In this document: positions 62,383 to 64,000 of the stretch, in pieces
Layout of the letters: each line of letters starts with the position of its first letter
Position numbering within the stretch: position 1 is the stretch's first letter
Source: Podarcis vaucheri
Taxonomy: Eukaryota
Reading direction: 5' to 3' (one strand)
NCBI GenBank assembly: GCA_965113315.1
Contig: OZ220364.1
Length of the DNA: 64,000 nt
Program-made: the position numbers and the translations under genes
Notes under the pieces: generated by a model
Database searches by the model: none
What the model saw: only the letters and a program-made list of their open reading frames with translations
Told to the model about the DNA's origin: nothing

Positions 62383-62546
62383 ATCTGCCCTGCATGCAGA
62401 AGGTCCAGGTCCAACCTCTGGTGTCTTCAGGGGCAGGTGGTAAAAACTGCCTGACACCCTGGAGAGCCACTCCAGTCAGGACAGACACGACTGGACAAGA
62501 TGAGCCAATGGTCGGACTCAGCATAAGGCAGTTTTCCATGTTCCTA
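62383..62546 (+). mobile_element. Squam3-like SINE copy, 5'-truncated
   Basis: tgcatgcagaaggtcc..ccctggagagccactccagtcag..ctcagcataaggcag. Confidence 0.72.
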
Positions 62547-62608
62547 CCTGTGTGATAGGATCCCAATGAAAACCTGCACCCCCTCATCTGTGCCCAAACA
62601 CAAGCATG

Positions 62609-62725
62609 GCCATAGTGGTTCAGTCGGTGGAGCATGAGACTCTTAATCTCAGGGTTGTGGGTTCAAGCCCCACGTTTGGCATTGCCTTGTGGTCCCTTCC
62701 AGTTCTACAATTCTGTGATTCTGTT
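62609..62725 (+). mobile_element. tRNA-Lys(CTT)-derived SINE with a CR1-type 3' tail
   Basis: 62609-62681 aligns to vertebrate tRNA-Lys-CTT (GCATGAGACTCTTAATCTCAGGG..GGTTCAAGCCCCACG) with a damaged acceptor stem; followed by gtcccttccagttctacaattctgtgattct. Confidence 0.8.
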
Positions 62726-64000
62726 ATTCTAACTATGCTATTAAAGGAACATTCCTTTTGGTCCTGAGAAGCCAATGGGCTAGGAGCTCTATTGGCTGAG
62801 GATGAAGCTTCACTGCCCTTTTTCAACATTGCCACAATTGATGACAAGCAAAACTTCGGTGGGGAGAGGAGCAAATTGTCCAGAAAAGTTACAATTGCAG
62901 ATTAACTTCGTAAAAATATGAGGCATTATGAAATTATTTTGTTTGCACAATGTATCCAAGTCAGATAGTTTTTCTTGATGCAGTATGAACACGGAACTGG
63001 GTTGCTGTTGTTTTTAGCACAGAGCTGAATACATTAAAATGGGTACAAATTACACTTGCAAAAAAATCTTATTTTTCATATAAACACACACACTTACGTA
63101 TGAAGGATGATTCCCATTGGTATAAAAGCGTTTGCTTTTCAAACATTGCAGGCAAACCACACTAAATGGTACTGAATGCATACCTGATGGTCCTTATCAC
63201 AGGATAGGTGGATCACCAGAAACGCAAAGTGCAAGCAAGTGACCTGTGTGGATCTGAAAAAGAAGACTGTGCTGATGGGGGTGGGGGGAGGAGTAAGCTC
63301 AGTTTGCAGTTGTGCAAAAAATGGCCCTTAGTTATTAAAGCATCTTAAAAGGATGACTAACTTCTCCCCCTTCCCCCTCCCCCTTTTTTTAGCAGTGCAG
63401 CAGAAAATACAGCATAAGACATCACATGCTGGTTTGCGAAGCGGTAAGCTTCTACCTAACAGCTGCTGCAGCAACAGCTAAAAATGCCGCCGGATGGACA
63501 GGCTGCAGCGGCTTCTCAATAACCTAATCCCGTTTTAAGCCTGGAAGGCCAGATTTATGTTGTCATTTGCATAAACGCCGGCGGGACGCTTTGCAAGGGC
63601 CTTGTCATTCAAGCACCTTCTTCCCCTGCTCTCCATTTGCGAAGGTGGAGTCACGACGGTTCCACTTGGGAGTCTAAGGGGGCAATGGCCCCAGAAGGAG
63701 CATCTGCAACAAAACGACCAGCTAGGCTCCTCACAAAAGAAGCTGTGGCTTCTGCCAGTGACTCATTCAGTTTGATTCAGAGCCTCCCACTCATGAGTAA
63801 GTCCCTACGCATGGCATTAAGAGATAAATATAACTTCAGCACCAGCATCCAAATTAGCGCGTAGCATTTAGGTAGATGGGTCGCAAAGCAGCACAAGGTG
63901 AGATAATTTACAAACAGGCTTCGGCGAGGAAGATAGCAGCGTTTCTAATGCAGGGAAGAACTTCAGACATTGGTGACAGAAGGCAACCGGACAGGCAAAT

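Noticed and set aside
62609-62681. Functional tRNA-Lys gene
   Set aside because: Acceptor stem mismatched, no oligo-T terminator, and a CR1-type tail follows.
47471-64000. miR-378 hairpin and PPARGC1B exon 1
   Set aside because: No ACTGGACTTGGAGTCAGAAGG-like sequence or MAGNDC-like exon seen by eye; the start of intron 1 is outside the window.

Overview
Vertebrate genomic DNA; the SINE, CR1, L2 and MITE content suggests a squamate, probably a lacertid lizard (inference). There are three main components. (1) PPARGC1B (PGC-1beta) on the minus strand: coding exons 2-12 reconstructed with GT-AG junctions in phase (47470 down to the stop at 22716; 995 codons plus stop). It has a probable ~7.3 kb 3'UTR ending near 15.4 kb, and exon 1 lies beyond the right edge. 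(2) A TRIM/B-box gene on the minus strand (about 12189 down to 2512) with two B-boxes and a coiled coil, a decayed RING, and no recognisable PRY-SPRY domain. (3) A complete, very young chromodomain-bearing Ty3/Gypsy (Tf1/sushi-type) LTR retrotransposon at 50258-55829, in PPARGC1B intron 1 and antisense to the host. Its 453-bp LTRs differ at one base and the TSD is CCTAG. It has an 11-nt self-priming PBS instead of a tRNA PBS, a slippery site plus H-type pseudoknot at the gag/pol overlap, and a pol ORF that runs through the PPT and ~115 codons into the 3' LTR. The rest is intronic/intergenic DNA with repeat fragments, microsatellites and two assembly gaps. All analysis was by eye; no searches or folding programs were run.
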